Shown one piece after another: positions 1-11,538 of a stretch of 64,000 bases of DNA. A program made the position numbers and the translations under genes. Position 1 is the first letter of the stretch. Each line of letters begins with the position of its first letter. The notes under the pieces were generated by a model. It searched no databases, was not told where the DNA came from, and saw nothing but the letters and a program-made list of their open reading frames with translations. Origin of the DNA: Felis catus (taxonomy: Eukaryota); assembly GCF_018350175.1 (NCBI RefSeq), contig NC_058369.1:10232001-10296000 (forward strand), given 5' to 3'.

Positions 1-595
1 CCCCCGCCATCCTCCCTCCTGCCCCTTCTGTCCGGGGCTGGGCTGAGGGAGACACAGGGGGCAGGGGAGGGAGGGAGGTTGGGGGGTTCACAGCAGACTA
101 GTATTTCAAATGCAGAGGTAACAGACTCCACAGCGAGGGGGTTCCTCTGGGGGAGGGGCGCGGAGGGGGAGGGCGTTATTGCATTTGCTGAGGGGGGATG
201 CCCCCCTTCTGCATTCCCTGCAGCAGGAAACTAGGGAGGTCACGACCCCCAAAACAGGCCCCAGGGAGACAGAGGGACCAGTTTGGCAGCTGATGCGGAA
301 AGTGTTGCGGGCGGGGGTGGACGCCCAATCTGGCTGGTCCCTCCCCGCGCCCGGCCCGGCTGAGGTAGGTGGGGAACAGGGCAAGGGGGGACCGGGGACC
401 CCACCCAGGGCAGGAGCTGGGGAGGGGTGGTACCGATTGGAGTGGGGCAGGGGCCTGGCCCCACCTCCACTCTGCATCATCCTCGGGCTGCTGAGCCAGG
501 TCCAAGCCGGATGCTGGGGGTCCAGGCCACGGTGTCCCTCCCATAGGGGGCTCCCACCAAGCGGAGCCAGGTCACTGAGAGGTCTGGAGGGAGGC

Positions 596-747
596 CTAGA
601 AGCGGCCGACCTTGGCATCCCCAATGGCACCCCAGACGTCAAAGACAAACTCATCAGGGAAGGCAAAGTCACCGAGCCGTTCGTCCAGGGCCTCCGCCAG
701 CTCATCCGGGTTCCTCTTGTCCTTTCCGAGCTCCACCATGGTGGCCG
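596..747 (-). CDS. GIPC1: GIPC1 last coding exon (AATMVELGKDK...GRF*)
   Basis: Acceptor tgtccag|CG at 749/747; TAG at 598-596. Confidence 0.96.
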
Positions 748-877
748 CTGGACAAGGGTAGGGGGCGGAATGGAAGCACAGATGGCAGAGGTACCCAGGA
801 GACACCCAGCCCCGCAGGGCCTAGAAGCCCCTCCCCCAAACTCGCACCCATCCCCAGATCTAGGTGTCCCCACTCAC

Positions 878-959
878 CCAACTCCGTGTCCCGGATGCCC
901 ATGTAACTCTCCAGAAGGTCATCTACCTTCTCAATGGCCTTCTCCTCAAAGGCTGAGGG
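878..959 (-). CDS. GIPC1: GIPC1 coding exon 5 (PSAFEEKAIEKVDDLLESYMGIRDTEL)
   Basis: cccag|CCC acceptor, G|gtgagt donor; 82 nt. Confidence 0.96.
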
Positions 960-1278
960 CTGGGGGGTGGGTAGAAGGAGGGACAGCGACACCACAGTGA
1001 TGTGAATTCGTTTACCATCGTACTTACTGAGTGCCGCACGATCTTTTCACCACTTCCCGTGTATTAAGCCACGGCTCATCCTCACCACAACCCTGGGTGT
1101 TATCGTCCCATTTTACACACAAGGAAACTGAGGCCCACTTGCCCAGCAAAAGTCCCAGAGCTGGGATGTGGCAGAGGTAGATGATACATCTAGTGCTCCG
1201 AGGTCCTCAGCTAACAAAGGATGCGGCCACCTATGGGTGCGCAGGGAAGGAGGGAGCGGGCTGGGCTAGAGCACTCAC

Positions 1279-1391
1279 CACATCCTCTACTGTGGCGGGG
1301 CCGCGGGATCTGAGCCGGAGGGTCCCTCGGCCAGTGCCCAGCTGGGGGCCAGAGCCAGGGCGGCCACCCCCTGAGCGTACGCTGATCATGT
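1279..1391 (-). CDS. GIPC1: GIPC1 coding exon 4 (DMISVRSGGGRPGSGPQLGTGRGTLRLRSRGPATVEDV)
   Basis: cccacag|AC acceptor, GTG|gtgagt donor; 113 nt; translated by hand. Confidence 0.95.
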
Positions 1392-2138
1392 CTGTGGGAG
1401 GCAGGCGAGGGGTGAGTGAGGGTCGGGGAAGCCCAATTCCAGCATGCCCTGGGCAGGACCCCAGGCATCCTGGCCTCAGTTACCCTCTTCTACCTTCTCG
1501 AAGCTTCTGCAGGCTCTGGGGAGATGGGGCCTGAGGTGACCCCAGGAGGGCAGGACTCCCGACTCAGGCTTGGCATGGACTGGGGAGGGACAGCCAGGGG
1601 CTGAGAATGGAAAAGGCTGGAGGGGAGACAGAAGGGGGCCCTGTTCCCAGGGCAAGAGGGACAGGAAGGGGGTGGGGCCTGGGTCTTGAGCTGCTCTCCC
1701 CAAGGCCAAGGAGATATAGCTGCTGGGCCAAGGACCAGTCCTGTCTGCCGGGGGAAGCATTTGAGAGTCCCCCACCCCCAACCTCGGGGGCCTCAGGCCC
1801 ATTCCAGAGAGTTAGTGAAGCCAGACGGAAAAGAGGGGGTACTGGCACAGGGCAGCCAACCCTGGCCTCTCCAGGCTGGGGGGGCTCGCCAGGGTTGGGG
1901 GCGCTTGGCTGGGCTAATGGTTCCGGGAAGCTGGGTGCGGGGGCAACTTCCTCCTTGCTCTGGCCCTCCGGGGCTGGGCGGAGAGCCAGCACCCCTCCCC
2001 AGGGCAGGGCGGGGCTACCCCTCCATTCCGCCGCAGCTGGCTGGGTTTGGGCGCCACCTGCTGGTGGCTCCCTGCCACTGTAGCCTGAACCCAAGAGAAT
2101 AGGGCGACGACAGGGGTTCTGGGGGGCAGCCCCCTCAC

Positions 2139-2319
2139 CAAAAGCTTTGCGGGGCTCTGTGAGCTTCAGCGTGAAGGTGCGGCCTCGGGGTAACTCCTTG
2201 AGCAGACGGGCCACCTCGTAGTGGCGGCAGCCCAGCAGGCTCTGCCCGTTGATGGCCTCAATCATGTCCCCCACGCTGATGAGCTGGATGTGGTCGATCA
2301 CGCTTCCCTCCTTAATGCG
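2139..2319 (-). CDS. GIPC1: GIPC1 coding exon 3, PDZ domain ([10 protein letters not shown]...TEPRKAF)
   Basis: ccccacag|CGC acceptor, G|gtgag donor; 181 nt. Confidence 0.96.
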
Positions 2320-2418
2320 CTGTGGGGAAAGGAGCCATGAGTCCCCTTGGCTCAGCCCTTGGGTCCTACGGCCAATCTTTACCCTTAGGACCCGGGTGTC
2401 CCCATCCACCCCAGGCAC

Positions 2419-2604
2419 CTTGATGAAGGCATAGCCGGCCCCGTTGTCAGTAATGGTGAGTCCCAGCGCCTCCTCGGACTTGAACACCTCTACCTCCTTG
2501 CGCTGCCCCTTGATGTGGGCGAAGATGAAGTCCTCCAGCCCGATCTGGCCCCCCAAGAGTTTGTCCATGTCCACTTTGTGGGTGTTGAGGGTACAGAACA
2601 TCAC
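2419..2604 (-). CDS. GIPC1: GIPC1 coding exon 2 ([10 protein letters not shown]...[17 protein letters not shown])
   Basis: atgcag|GTG acceptor, AAG|gtgcc donor; 186 nt; contains PDZ ALGL loop. Confidence 0.96.
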
Positions 2605-2962
2605 CTGCATGGGGGGAGACACTCAACCCTCACCTTCATCCCTCGCCCTTTGCTAACCACAACCCGGGGGGGATAAAGGGAGCTGGGAAAGGGCTGGGGG
2701 TCCCCACCCTGGGGCCTGACCACCCCCAGACTGGCCTCCACTGGGATGCAGCTCTTCTAGAGCCGGGATTTCTGTCCTAGCAAAAACTCTGTGCTGGTTC
2801 CAGGGCACAGAGCCTGACACACAGTGGGTGCTCAGTAAAGGGCTAGTGGAATGAATGAAGGGGCACAGAATACCCGCCACCCCTACTGAGACCCCTGCAT
2901 CTACTTCCTGCTCAGTCCCACTGCGGCCCTTCTTGTCCCCCTGCCTTCAGCCCCCCAAGTCC

Positions 2963-3240
2963 TTGGGGTCAGGCCTCCCAATGCATCCCAGAGAAACGAA
3001 CCTCACATCTGACCGCCAGACCCCATAATCAACTGGGGCACAAGCCTCCCGATGCATCATGGGAAGGTAGCATCCAGCCCTGGCCATCCATCTCCGCAGT
3101 CCACTGGGGCACAGGCCTCCCAATGCTTAATGGGAACTCAGCACCCAGCCCTACTCTCCAGTTCCCCACAGTTTGCTGGGGTGCAGGCGCCCTAATGACT
3201 GATGGGAACTCAGCACCCAGTGTGACCCCACCAGTTCCTC
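2963..3240. repeat. Degenerate ~71-bp tandem repeat, 4 copies, in GIPC1 intron
   Basis: Units start at 2963, 3033, 3104 and 3176 and share the core ctggggcacaggcctcccaatgc...atgggaa...cagcacccagc. Confidence 0.7.
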
Positions 3241-3362
3241 CGGTAGGGAGCTGGTGTCGGCGTCTGCACCTTCAGCAACTGAGCCGCAGCTCATGGACAG
3301 GACGCACGCCCAGGCCTCAGCCCGCCGTCAGGGACCCTGGTGCCCGGCTCCCCGGTGGGTAC

Positions 3363-3650
3363 CTCGGCAGCCGGCAGCCGGAAGGCCTCGGCGATCTTGC
3401 CATACAGCTCCTTGACGTTGGTGAAACCCTCGATGCGGCCAGTGGGACTGCCGTGGGCCAGCTGGGTGTGGAACACGAGGCGGGGCCGCAGGGCCGGGGG
3501 AGGGGGGGGCAACCCCATTTGGGGCCCCCCCGCCCCACCCCCACCCAGGGGCCCCGGCTCCCCCACGCCCAGCCCCCCACGGCCTGGCTCGGCCTCCTCA
3601 TTCTCCACCAGAGGCGGCGCCTTTTTCCGCCGCCCCAGTCCCAGCGGCAT
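3363..3650 (-). CDS. GIPC1: GIPC1 first coding exon ([10 protein letters not shown]...RLPAAE); exon begins at 3684
   Basis: ATG at 3650; ctgcag| acceptor at 3686-3685; GAG|gtacc donor; 288 coding nt. Confidence 0.96.
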
Positions 3651-4005
3651 GAGCGGTGAGAAGCAGGGGGCACACTCAGGAGACCTGCAGGGCGGGAAGG
3701 CGGGCTCAGGGCCTGGGCGGTGGCCTCGGGTCGCCTCCCCCCCACTAGGAGCACACTGCTGACCCGGTGAACAGACCGGCCTCGGCTCAAAACCCAGTCC
3801 CAGCGTTTCTGTACTGGTTCAGAAGTAACCACAGCATATAACAGCTACTACGACCCCGTGCAAAGTGCTCTGTGACCTTACTTAACCCTCACACGACGCC
3901 GTGATATGGGGACAATATTTTGCTACGAATACGCCCACTTAACGAGAAAGCGGAGGCTCAAAGCGGTTACGTTTCTCTTCATTCTTCTAGGTATTTATTC
4001 ATTAC

Positions 4006-4135
4006 TATTTTTTTAAAGTAGGTTTCGCGCCCAGTGCGGAGCCCAACACGGGGCTTGAGCCCACGACCCTGAGATCAAGACCGGAGAGGAAATCAAGAGG
4101 CAGATGCTTCACTGACTGAGCCGCCCAGGTGCCTC
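4006..4135 (-). mobile_element. Short/old CAN-SINE
   Basis: tRNA-derived head (…ctgactgagccgcccaggtgcctc reversed) and T-rich tail. Confidence 0.7.
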
Positions 4136-4164
4136 CAGTTTCTCCTTCTTTTTCTACTGGTTGC

Positions 4165-4560
4165 AGTCACTGGTGCCGTGCACAAAAAGTTTCCGACTCT
4201 CCCTTCAAAGCACACGGCCAGGTGACATTTACTGACCTCCCTGTGACTGGGCAGGCATATGACTAGTTCTGGCCAATGAGCTGGAGAGGAGGGGACACAT
4301 GGCATTTCTGGGCTGAAGCATTTCGGTACTAGATCAAGAGCCTCCGGGGGTCTGCATCTCCCAGGCAGGGTGACCTGACACATGTGTCCAGGTGGCAGCG
4401 CCATCAGCCTGGCCCCGAGTGACAACGGACTACGACGAATGCAACCCCCTACTGAGCTGCAATGGAGACGTAGCAGGACTAAAAAAATAAACCTTTGTGG
4501 AATTCAGCCACTAAGATTTTGGAGGTTGTCGGTTACTGTAGCAAAACTTGTCCTGATACA
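4165..4560 (+). mobile_element. MaLR (MLT1-like) solo LTR remnant
   Basis: gactagttctggccaatgag motif, aataaacc, agccactaagatttt, terminal tgataca. Confidence 0.55.
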
Positions 4561-6756
4561 CTTTCTTTCTTTCTCCTACTGCTATTCTCTCAGTTTCTCT
4601 CTCCCACCCTCCTTTCAAGTAAGTATCTTTCGCATACTTACTATATGCCATGCACCATTTTAGATACTGCCTTCAGTAAGATGACCAAGGTCCCTGACTA
4701 GGGGCGCTGTATGCAGTTCCACAGGTTGTTCACTGTGCAAAAGCACCCGACCAAGGTGGCGAGTGGGACTGAAACTCAGCCTCTGCTCTGGCTCGTCGAG
4801 CTACATGCCAAGCTGATGTGTTTGCTGGGAGGAAGGCCTGCCTCTTTCTAACTCTCTCCTGGGCGCCATATACGCCAGCTGGGGTTCTGTTCACGCTTTT
4901 CCGAAGCATACGGTCCAGAGGAAATGCGCAGCGAGCAAGCCAATGTGTAAAAGCCTAGTATAATTTCTAAGGGTGCTATGAAGACAATAAAACAAGACAA
5001 GTGCTTCTACCGACAAAATCAAGGAGGGCCTCTCTGAGCAGGTGAAGCTGAACTTGAGACTCGAATGACAGGAAGAAGCCTCCATATAACGACGTGAGGC
5101 AAGACAGCTCCAGGCAGAGGGAACCGCCAGTGCAAAGGCCCTGAGATGGGGACACACTTGGCATGTGTTTGAGGGACAGCAAATGGGCCTGCACGGTTGG
5201 AACAGAGTGGTGAGGGGGACAGCAGGAGGAGGTGAGGGCAGGGAGGGATAGGGCAGAGCGGGCAGGGCCCTGAGGGCCCAGGCAGGACTTAGGCTTTCGC
5301 TCTGAGCGAGGGGGCAGCCGCGGGAGCGCTCTGAGCAGGCTCGCAGACTCTGCTCACAGAGCAGCAAGGGGCCAGTGTAAATGGAACAGAGAGAGCGATG
5401 CGTGAAGGGGGGGGGGTTAAAGAAGTGCTGGGCGTAGGAGGGGTCGACCGTGCCGGCTTCCCAGAATGGAAAGGAGGTCAGGTTTCATTTCAAGCCACGC
5501 ACCCTAAGCCACAGAAGCCGGCAGCACTCTCGGGTCTGTCTGCCCCCCACGTGCAAAGTGGTTCCCTAGGCCACTCGCTCTCCCTGGGCCTCGGATGCCT
5601 GTTCTACAGACGGGGACACTCACCTGGCCAGGCTGTGCTGAGGATCACATCATGCCAAACGATATTCTTCTGTGTAAAGGGGACTTCCCGCTCCCTCCCT
5701 TCAACTCTCCTCTTCCAGGGAGCCCTCCCGGATTCAGCCAAGCCCAGTGCGCTGCACTCACACTCACGCATCCGTTCATTCGCTCCCGCATTCATTCGTC
5801 TGCTCTCCACCGCCTCCTCTAGGGGCACCTGGTCCAGCCCCATCATCTCTCACCTACACTAGTGCGGTTGCCTCCTCCGAGTCTCCCGGCTTCTGCCCTC
5901 ACCCTCCACGGTCTCCGGTCAACACGGCAGCCAGAATGATCCTGTAAAACACAAGTCCCGTCTCACCTCTGTCCTCTGCTTCGACCCCTCCCGGGGCTCC
6001 CACCTCATTCACAGTAAAAGTCACCGTCCTCCCCTCCACCCACACGCCCCAAAAGACCTGCCCCCATCGCCTCCCTGCCCCCACCTTCTCCCGCTCTCCC
6101 CCTTGCTCGGTCCTCCCAGGCACACGGGCCCGGTCCCTGCCCCTCTAACACACCAGGTACAATCGAGTGTCCGAGCTTTTGCACTTGGCTGCGCCCTGTG
6201 GCATCCACACAGAGACTGTCACACCTCTTTCAGGTGGGATGTAGATTTCATCCACTGTTCTCGTTCACTGTTTTGGGAAAGGGCAAGGCATTCTGTCTGC
6301 CTTGCTCATCCCTATATTCTTAGCACAGAAAACAGTGCCCAGGGGTGTAGCAGGTGCTCAGTATGCATTTGTCCAATGAATGAAGGGATGGATGAAGGAA
6401 TGATCCTAACAGTCATTAGCCCACCAGTCCCCGTGCCTGGCTCTGTAGTCCCTGCCCTCGAGGGGGTACTGTCTCCCCAGCAAACACGCAAGCCCCACCT
6501 CTGTGATCCTCAGCCCTCACTTCCCAGCATGGTGCTGGGTGCAGGGTAGGTGCTCCATCCGGCCACACAGACACGGAGCGTGTCTCCCTCACCTTTCATC
6601 GCAGTTTCGTTTTTACTCCCTTCATCATCAGTGATGCTGAACAACTGTTAACACGTTCATGAACTGGTTGGATCTGTCCTGTTGCAAACTGCCTGTTTAA
6701 GTCTTTGCCCGCTTTTAAAAATTGCATTCAGTTTGTTTTTTATCATAATGCCTATC

Positions 6757-6984
6757 TTTTTTTTTTTTTTTATTTTTTTTTCAACGTTTATTTATTTTTG
6801 GGACAGAGAGAGACAGAGCATGAATGGGGGAGGGGCAGAGAGAGAGGGAGACACAGAATCGGAAGCAGGCTCCAGGCTCTGAGCTGTCAGCACAGAGCCT
6901 GACGCGGGGCTCGAACTCACGGACCGCGAGATCGTGACCTGGCTGAAGTCGGACGCTTAACCGACTGTGCCACCCAGGCGCCCC
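6757..6984 (-). mobile_element. Young felid CAN-SINE (SINEC_Fc-like)
   Basis: Near-consensus head/CT-tract/poly(A); TSD tatcttttttt at 6753 and 6985. Confidence 0.92.
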
Positions 6985-7039
6985 TATCTTTTTTCTTCTT
7001 GATTTGCGGGCACTCCTTAGACATTTCAAGTGACCGGTC

Positions 7040-7270
7040 TTTTTTTTTCTTTAATTTTTTTTTTAATGTTTTTATTTATTTTTGAGAGACAGAGAGTGAC
7101 AGAGCACAAGCGGGGCAGGGGCAGAGAGAGAGGGAGACACGGAATCGGAAGCAGGCTCCAGGCTCTGAGCTGTCAGCGCAGAGCCCGATGTGGGGCTCGA
7201 ACTCATGAACCGTGAGATCACGACCTGAGCCGAAGTGGGACGCTTAACTGACCGAGCCACCCAGGCGCCC
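7040..7270 (-). mobile_element. Felid CAN-SINE
   Basis: Complete CAN-SINE structure ending ccaggcgccc. Confidence 0.9.
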
Positions 7271-7792
7271 AAGAGACCAGCCTTTCATCGGTTATCCATC
7301 TATCTCCAGCACCCATCGCAGAAGGTGCTCACAGAACATTTGACAAAAAAGAAAACTCTGAATGAACCAAAACTTTTGCCTCAGGGTATGAAGGTATTTC
7401 ATCACACTCAATGATGCTAAAACAAACAAAACCACCACGAATCCTCATCATCCCCTCCCCTGGCTCTCCTGCTGCTGCTCCTCATACATTTTAGCAGGAG
7501 GCTGAGAACATGAGTCTGGAACCTGGCTTTTCCACTTACTAGCTGTGTGACCCTGGGCAAGTGTCTTAACTTCTCTGAGCTCCAAGGAAATCACGCATGT
7601 GGGCGCACAATAAGGGTTCCGTAAAGGGTGATTTTTCCTACTGGTTCCATCTGTCCCACCATCTTTCAGTCAGTTGCTAAGATTCAAACTTCCCCCTTTT
7701 CCCAGGGCCCTCACATCCAGATCACCAGTTCCCAGCCTCCTCACTCTGCCTACGTTTGCTGCCCTGGTTCAGGCTAGTTTCCATGGCCTTAC

Positions 7793-7852
7793 CTGGGAGG
7801 AGGGAATAGTGGTGGTGAAGAAAGTGAGTGATTAATGAAGTTGCCTTCCAGG
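7793..7852 (-). other. Candidate GIPC1 5'UTR exon (60 nt, no ATG)
   Basis: Acceptor cctgcctcttgtag| and donor CAG|gtaagg on the minus strand; no transcript evidence available. Confidence 0.4.
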
Positions 7853-9859
7853 CTACAAGAGGCAGGATGGCCTGGGTTCAGATCCCACCCCTGCCACTTA
7901 CCAGCTGTGTGGCCGTGGGCAAGTCACTTCATGTGATGGGGCCTCAGTTTTCTCATCCGAAAAAATGGGCAGAATTCCTGTTTCTCAAGGTGCTTATGGG
8001 AGTCCAAAGAGATCACGCATACAACCTGATTAGCATTAACAAGCATTTTGCCTGACATTCAATTTAAGGAAACTGTTACTATGATTGTCATTATGATTAT
8101 TGCCTCCTCCCCTGCCCTGCCCGGGAACATCCCAGTCCTCTCTGCCTGCCTGCCGAGGCCTATGCTAAGCCACCTCCTCCAGGCAGCCTCCCTGGCTTGC
8201 CCCGGCCTGTAGGAACCGCCCCTGTGGTCCAGACAGCTCAGGCCCATGAACTTAATTACACGTTGCCCTGGCAGAACTCTTGTCTTCCAGTCTTAGGCTG
8301 CTATTTAACTTCGTGTCTCTATTTTAAAATGTAAACCAGATCGCGTCACTACCCGGCTTCCAATTTTACAACAGGTTCCCACCTCACGGGGGAAAAGTTC
8401 TGAGCTCCTTAATATGAGCCACAGACCCCTGCAGAACTGCCACTGTGGCCTTATCCCGTGCCCCAGCCACACTATTCCAAGCTTGGTCTAGCCTCAGAGC
8501 CTTTGCCCTGGCCGTGCCCCCTGCCCGATCTTCCCATGGCTGCCTACTTTTTGTCATTCAGACCCTGTCTCTGAAGTCACCTCCTCCAAGAGCCCCCCCC
8601 CCCCGCCTTGCCCAACAGATTCTACCAAGCCACCCCCTCATATTTTATTCATAGCACTTTTATTCATAGCACGGAGCACTTCTCCCGTCTGCAGGGATCT
8701 TTATTTCCTTGTTAACTTGGTTGTATCCACGAGAATGACAGCTCCCACAGAGCTGGGAGTTTTGTCTTGTTCACTATTGTGTTCTCTGTCCCAACAACAG
8801 TGCCTGGCACATGGTAGGTGCTCAGTAAGTGTGGAATGAATGGATGTGCCTTATGCCCTCATCCCGCCTACTCAGAGCCCTCCTATCCTCGGAACATGCC
8901 TGCCGTGGAGCTGCTAACGGCCACCCCCTCCCCACGTTCCCGGTCTCCCCTCAAACCTGAACATAGGGATGGAGGAAAAGAGCGTCAGCTTGGGCGCCAA
9001 GCACATTGGCTGGAATCCCAGCATTCCCACCCTCTCTTCCCTGGGAAGGGCCTGAAACTTAGCAACGCCACAACCACGCAGAAGTGCAGTGGGGGCAGCA
9101 GGAAGCAGGGGAGGGGGTTCCTGGGGGCTGACATAAACTGGGGGAGGGGGGGACACCACACCCAGCCTCCCCTTTCCAGTAGGATATTGCTTCGGAGAGG
9201 AGGAGGGAGGGGGAGGCCTCTGATTCAGTCTTGAAAAACCGGCTCCCGGGTGTTTCCGGGAGAACGCCTACTGCCCAGGGCCTCAGCCCAGGCTTCCCAG
9301 AGGGGCCCAGGGGGCAAAGGACCCCAACATCCAGGTCCCCTATGTCCCCCATAGACGTCACTCTCTTCTTTGGACCTTGGTATTCACACCTTGCCTTTCC
9401 AGCTCAGGGGGGGCAAAGTAGGGCTGATGTCTGGTGACCTCTTAGGGGGAAAGCAAAAACCGGCAGGTGTGGCCAGATGTGTATGCTTGGGGGCTGGGGA
9501 CAGCAGCAAGCAGAGAGGCCACGGAGCCATGTGGTCTAGTGGCTGAGACTCCAGATCTGGACTCTGCAGCACGGGTTCGAGTTCCAGATCTGCCACTTAC
9601 TAGCTAGCTGTGTCACCCTGGGCAAGTCACTCTACCTCCTGGGTCTGTTGCTTCACCTCTAAAAGAAGTAAGCGTACCTTCCATGAGGTGTTTAGACCCA
9701 CTGATACGCATGGTAAATGCCTGACATGGAAGCGTTCAGCAAGTGCCAGCCGGGGTGATTTTTTCATTATTATTGTCGGGACCTCGGTCCTCCCCAGGTT
9801 CCTCTAGGCCCTGGAGGATGGGGACGAGGCCACCTCCAGGGAGATGCCCAGGCAGGGCT

Positions 9860-10830
9860 CAGAAATACCGACCCCGCGGCTGTCCCTGCCGGGAGGGGGA
9901 TTGTCCAGAGGAGCGCAGGGGGCAGGGTGGCCTGTCGGCCCCGTTTGAGCGGCGGGAAGCGTCTGACCCTGCCCCCAGCGGAAAGACAGGCGCCCCTCTG
10001 GGAAGGGGCCTCGGGCATCCTGGCGCCCAACCTAGACTTCCAGCCATGTCCCTGGGGCCGGCCCCGCCCCGCTCGATCCGCCGGATCCCCGCGCGTCTGC
10101 GGCCCCGCAGGCCCGCGCTGGGGTCCCCGGAGCGGCCGCGCCGCGCCCCGCCCGCGGGGGGCACTCACCTGCGCCGCCGCCGCCACCCTGCGCGCGCCCC
10201 GCTTGGCCCTCCGCAAACTCCGGGCCGGGCCTCTCCCGCAGCCGCGGCCAGGGGGGCGGGGCCGGCGCCCGCGCCCCGCCAATCAGAAGCGGCCGTCCGA
10301 CGCTCGTGGCCAATCCGCGCCGTGCCGCCCCGCCCCGGGTGGTTTCGACGGAAACATTCCAAAGGGATCCCTCCGCCTCGCCCGGCTCTTCCCGACCCAC
10401 TCCCCCCGCGCCGCGGCGCAGTGGACCTTCCCACCCCGCCTAAGCCACGGCAGGCTGTACCACCGTAGGGCGCGGAGGGGGGACCTGAGGCTGGGCTCCT
10501 GCCAATCGCGGGGAAGGAAGGAGACGAGCAGCCAATGGGAAGCTGGGGCCCCTGGACCACGTGCTGGTGTCTGAGTGTCGGTCTGGGGTGTCCCGGGTGG
10601 TAAGGGGCGGGAGGGACTGGGGGCTGGTCTTCAGGTGGCCGAGGCTGAGTTTCGCCAAGAGGTAAACTCCCCACGTCCGGAAAAGCTGACCCTTTAGGAG
10701 ACCCGGGAGGGGGCCCAGGGCAGCCCCCGATCCCCTCCTCCTCCCGGTCTGCCCCCGACAAGGCCCGGCCATCCTCGGAGCGGATAAAAGGGAGGCATTC
10801 ATTCCAGGCCGGCGAGCGGGCGGAGGATCG
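9860..10830 (-). promoter_or_regulatory. GIPC1: GIPC1 CpG-island promoter with non-coding exon 1 (donor CAG|gtgagt at 10169)
   Basis: Dense CpG, GC boxes, CCAAT motifs near 10279, 10310, 10502 and 10552, and a consensus donor on the minus strand. Confidence 0.8.
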
Positions 10831-10893
10831 AGATGAATAGGGAGGGTCCCAAGTGTCCCTGCTTCCTGGGATGGACAATGGACAAGGGCATTC

Positions 10894-10925
10894 TTTCATT
10901 CATTCATTCATTCATTCATTCATTC
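10894..10925. repeat. (TTCA)n microsatellite
   Basis: Direct reading. Confidence 0.9.
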
Positions 10926-11520
10926 GTCAAATATTTAATGTGCTGCTGCTCCGTGCCAGGCTCTGGCCTATCTCTACAGACACACCAACGGGGAAGCCGA
11001 GTGTGCTTGTGGTAGACGTAACAGCGCGTGCAGAAGGCCTGGAGGCCGGACAGAGAGATACAGCACATTTCAGGACAGTGCCGTATCCTAGGAGCTGGCA
11101 AAACTGGGGGAAATGGTGTAATGGAAGGGAAGACAAGGGAGAGATAGATTGTCTGCTTGTTGGTTAGGCCAGCGGATGTTTACTGAGCCCGTAATAGGTG
11201 CTAGACTATAAGGGGTACCCAACCAGCCCAAGCCATTTCTCTTTCATGAGGCTGTCTCCTCCATCTCAGTGCTCCCCACCCACGCCCGGGTCCTGAGACT
11301 GGCACAGAGCAGGGTGACAGCACACATGTGTGAATCTCACCGTCGCCAGGTTTGGCTTGTAACCGAGAGTTCTCAGGCAGGAGGAGGTCCAAGAAACGCA
11401 GACACGAACGCACCTCATGCAGACCAGGACGCTGAGTTCCCAGGACAGGTGAGATCTCCTTGTTCTACTTCAAAGCCGGGGCCGCTGGGGCAGTTGGGGC
11501 TGGGCCAGGGGCTTGCTGTG

Positions 11521-11538
11521 TGTTCTGGGAATTGTAGT
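11521..11538 (-). promoter_or_regulatory. ACTACAATTCCCAG motif (ZNF143/THAP11-type)
   Basis: Plus strand reads tgttctgggaattgtagt, the reverse complement of the ACTACAnnTCCCA consensus. Confidence 0.55.

Larger units (their letters stand above)
596..10250 (-). other. GIPC1: GIPC1 gene span (stop codon to approximate non-coding exon 1); CDS join complement(596..747,878..959,1279..1391,2139..2319,2419..2604,3363..3650) = 1002 nt, 333 aa
   Basis: Spliced translation [15 protein letters not shown]...GAIGDAKVGRF matches GIPC1 (GH1-PDZ-GH2). All introns are GT-AG and phases are consistent. The 3'UTR appears to run off the window start. Confidence 0.95.

Noticed and set aside
106..1000. 255-273 aa ORFs over the GIPC1 3' end
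   Set aside because: Antisense or off-frame shadows of GC-rich exons and UTR.
1564..2622. 352-aa ORF as a single-exon GIPC variant
   Set aside because: It is two real exons plus a 99-nt in-frame intron and intronic read-through; the splice sites give the canonical 333-aa protein.
2963..3240. CRISPR-like repeat/spacer appearance
   Set aside because: Mammalian intron, degenerate non-palindromic repeats and no cas genes; treated as a minisatellite.
6757..7270. tRNA-like A/B boxes in SINE heads as tRNA genes
   Set aside because: They belong to tRNA-derived CAN-SINEs with CT tracts, poly(A) tails and TSDs.
8643..8672. Short perfect duplications (15 bp here; also 56866-56895 and aaagatgta x3 near 14970)
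   Set aside because: Ordinary slippage duplications with no sign of function.
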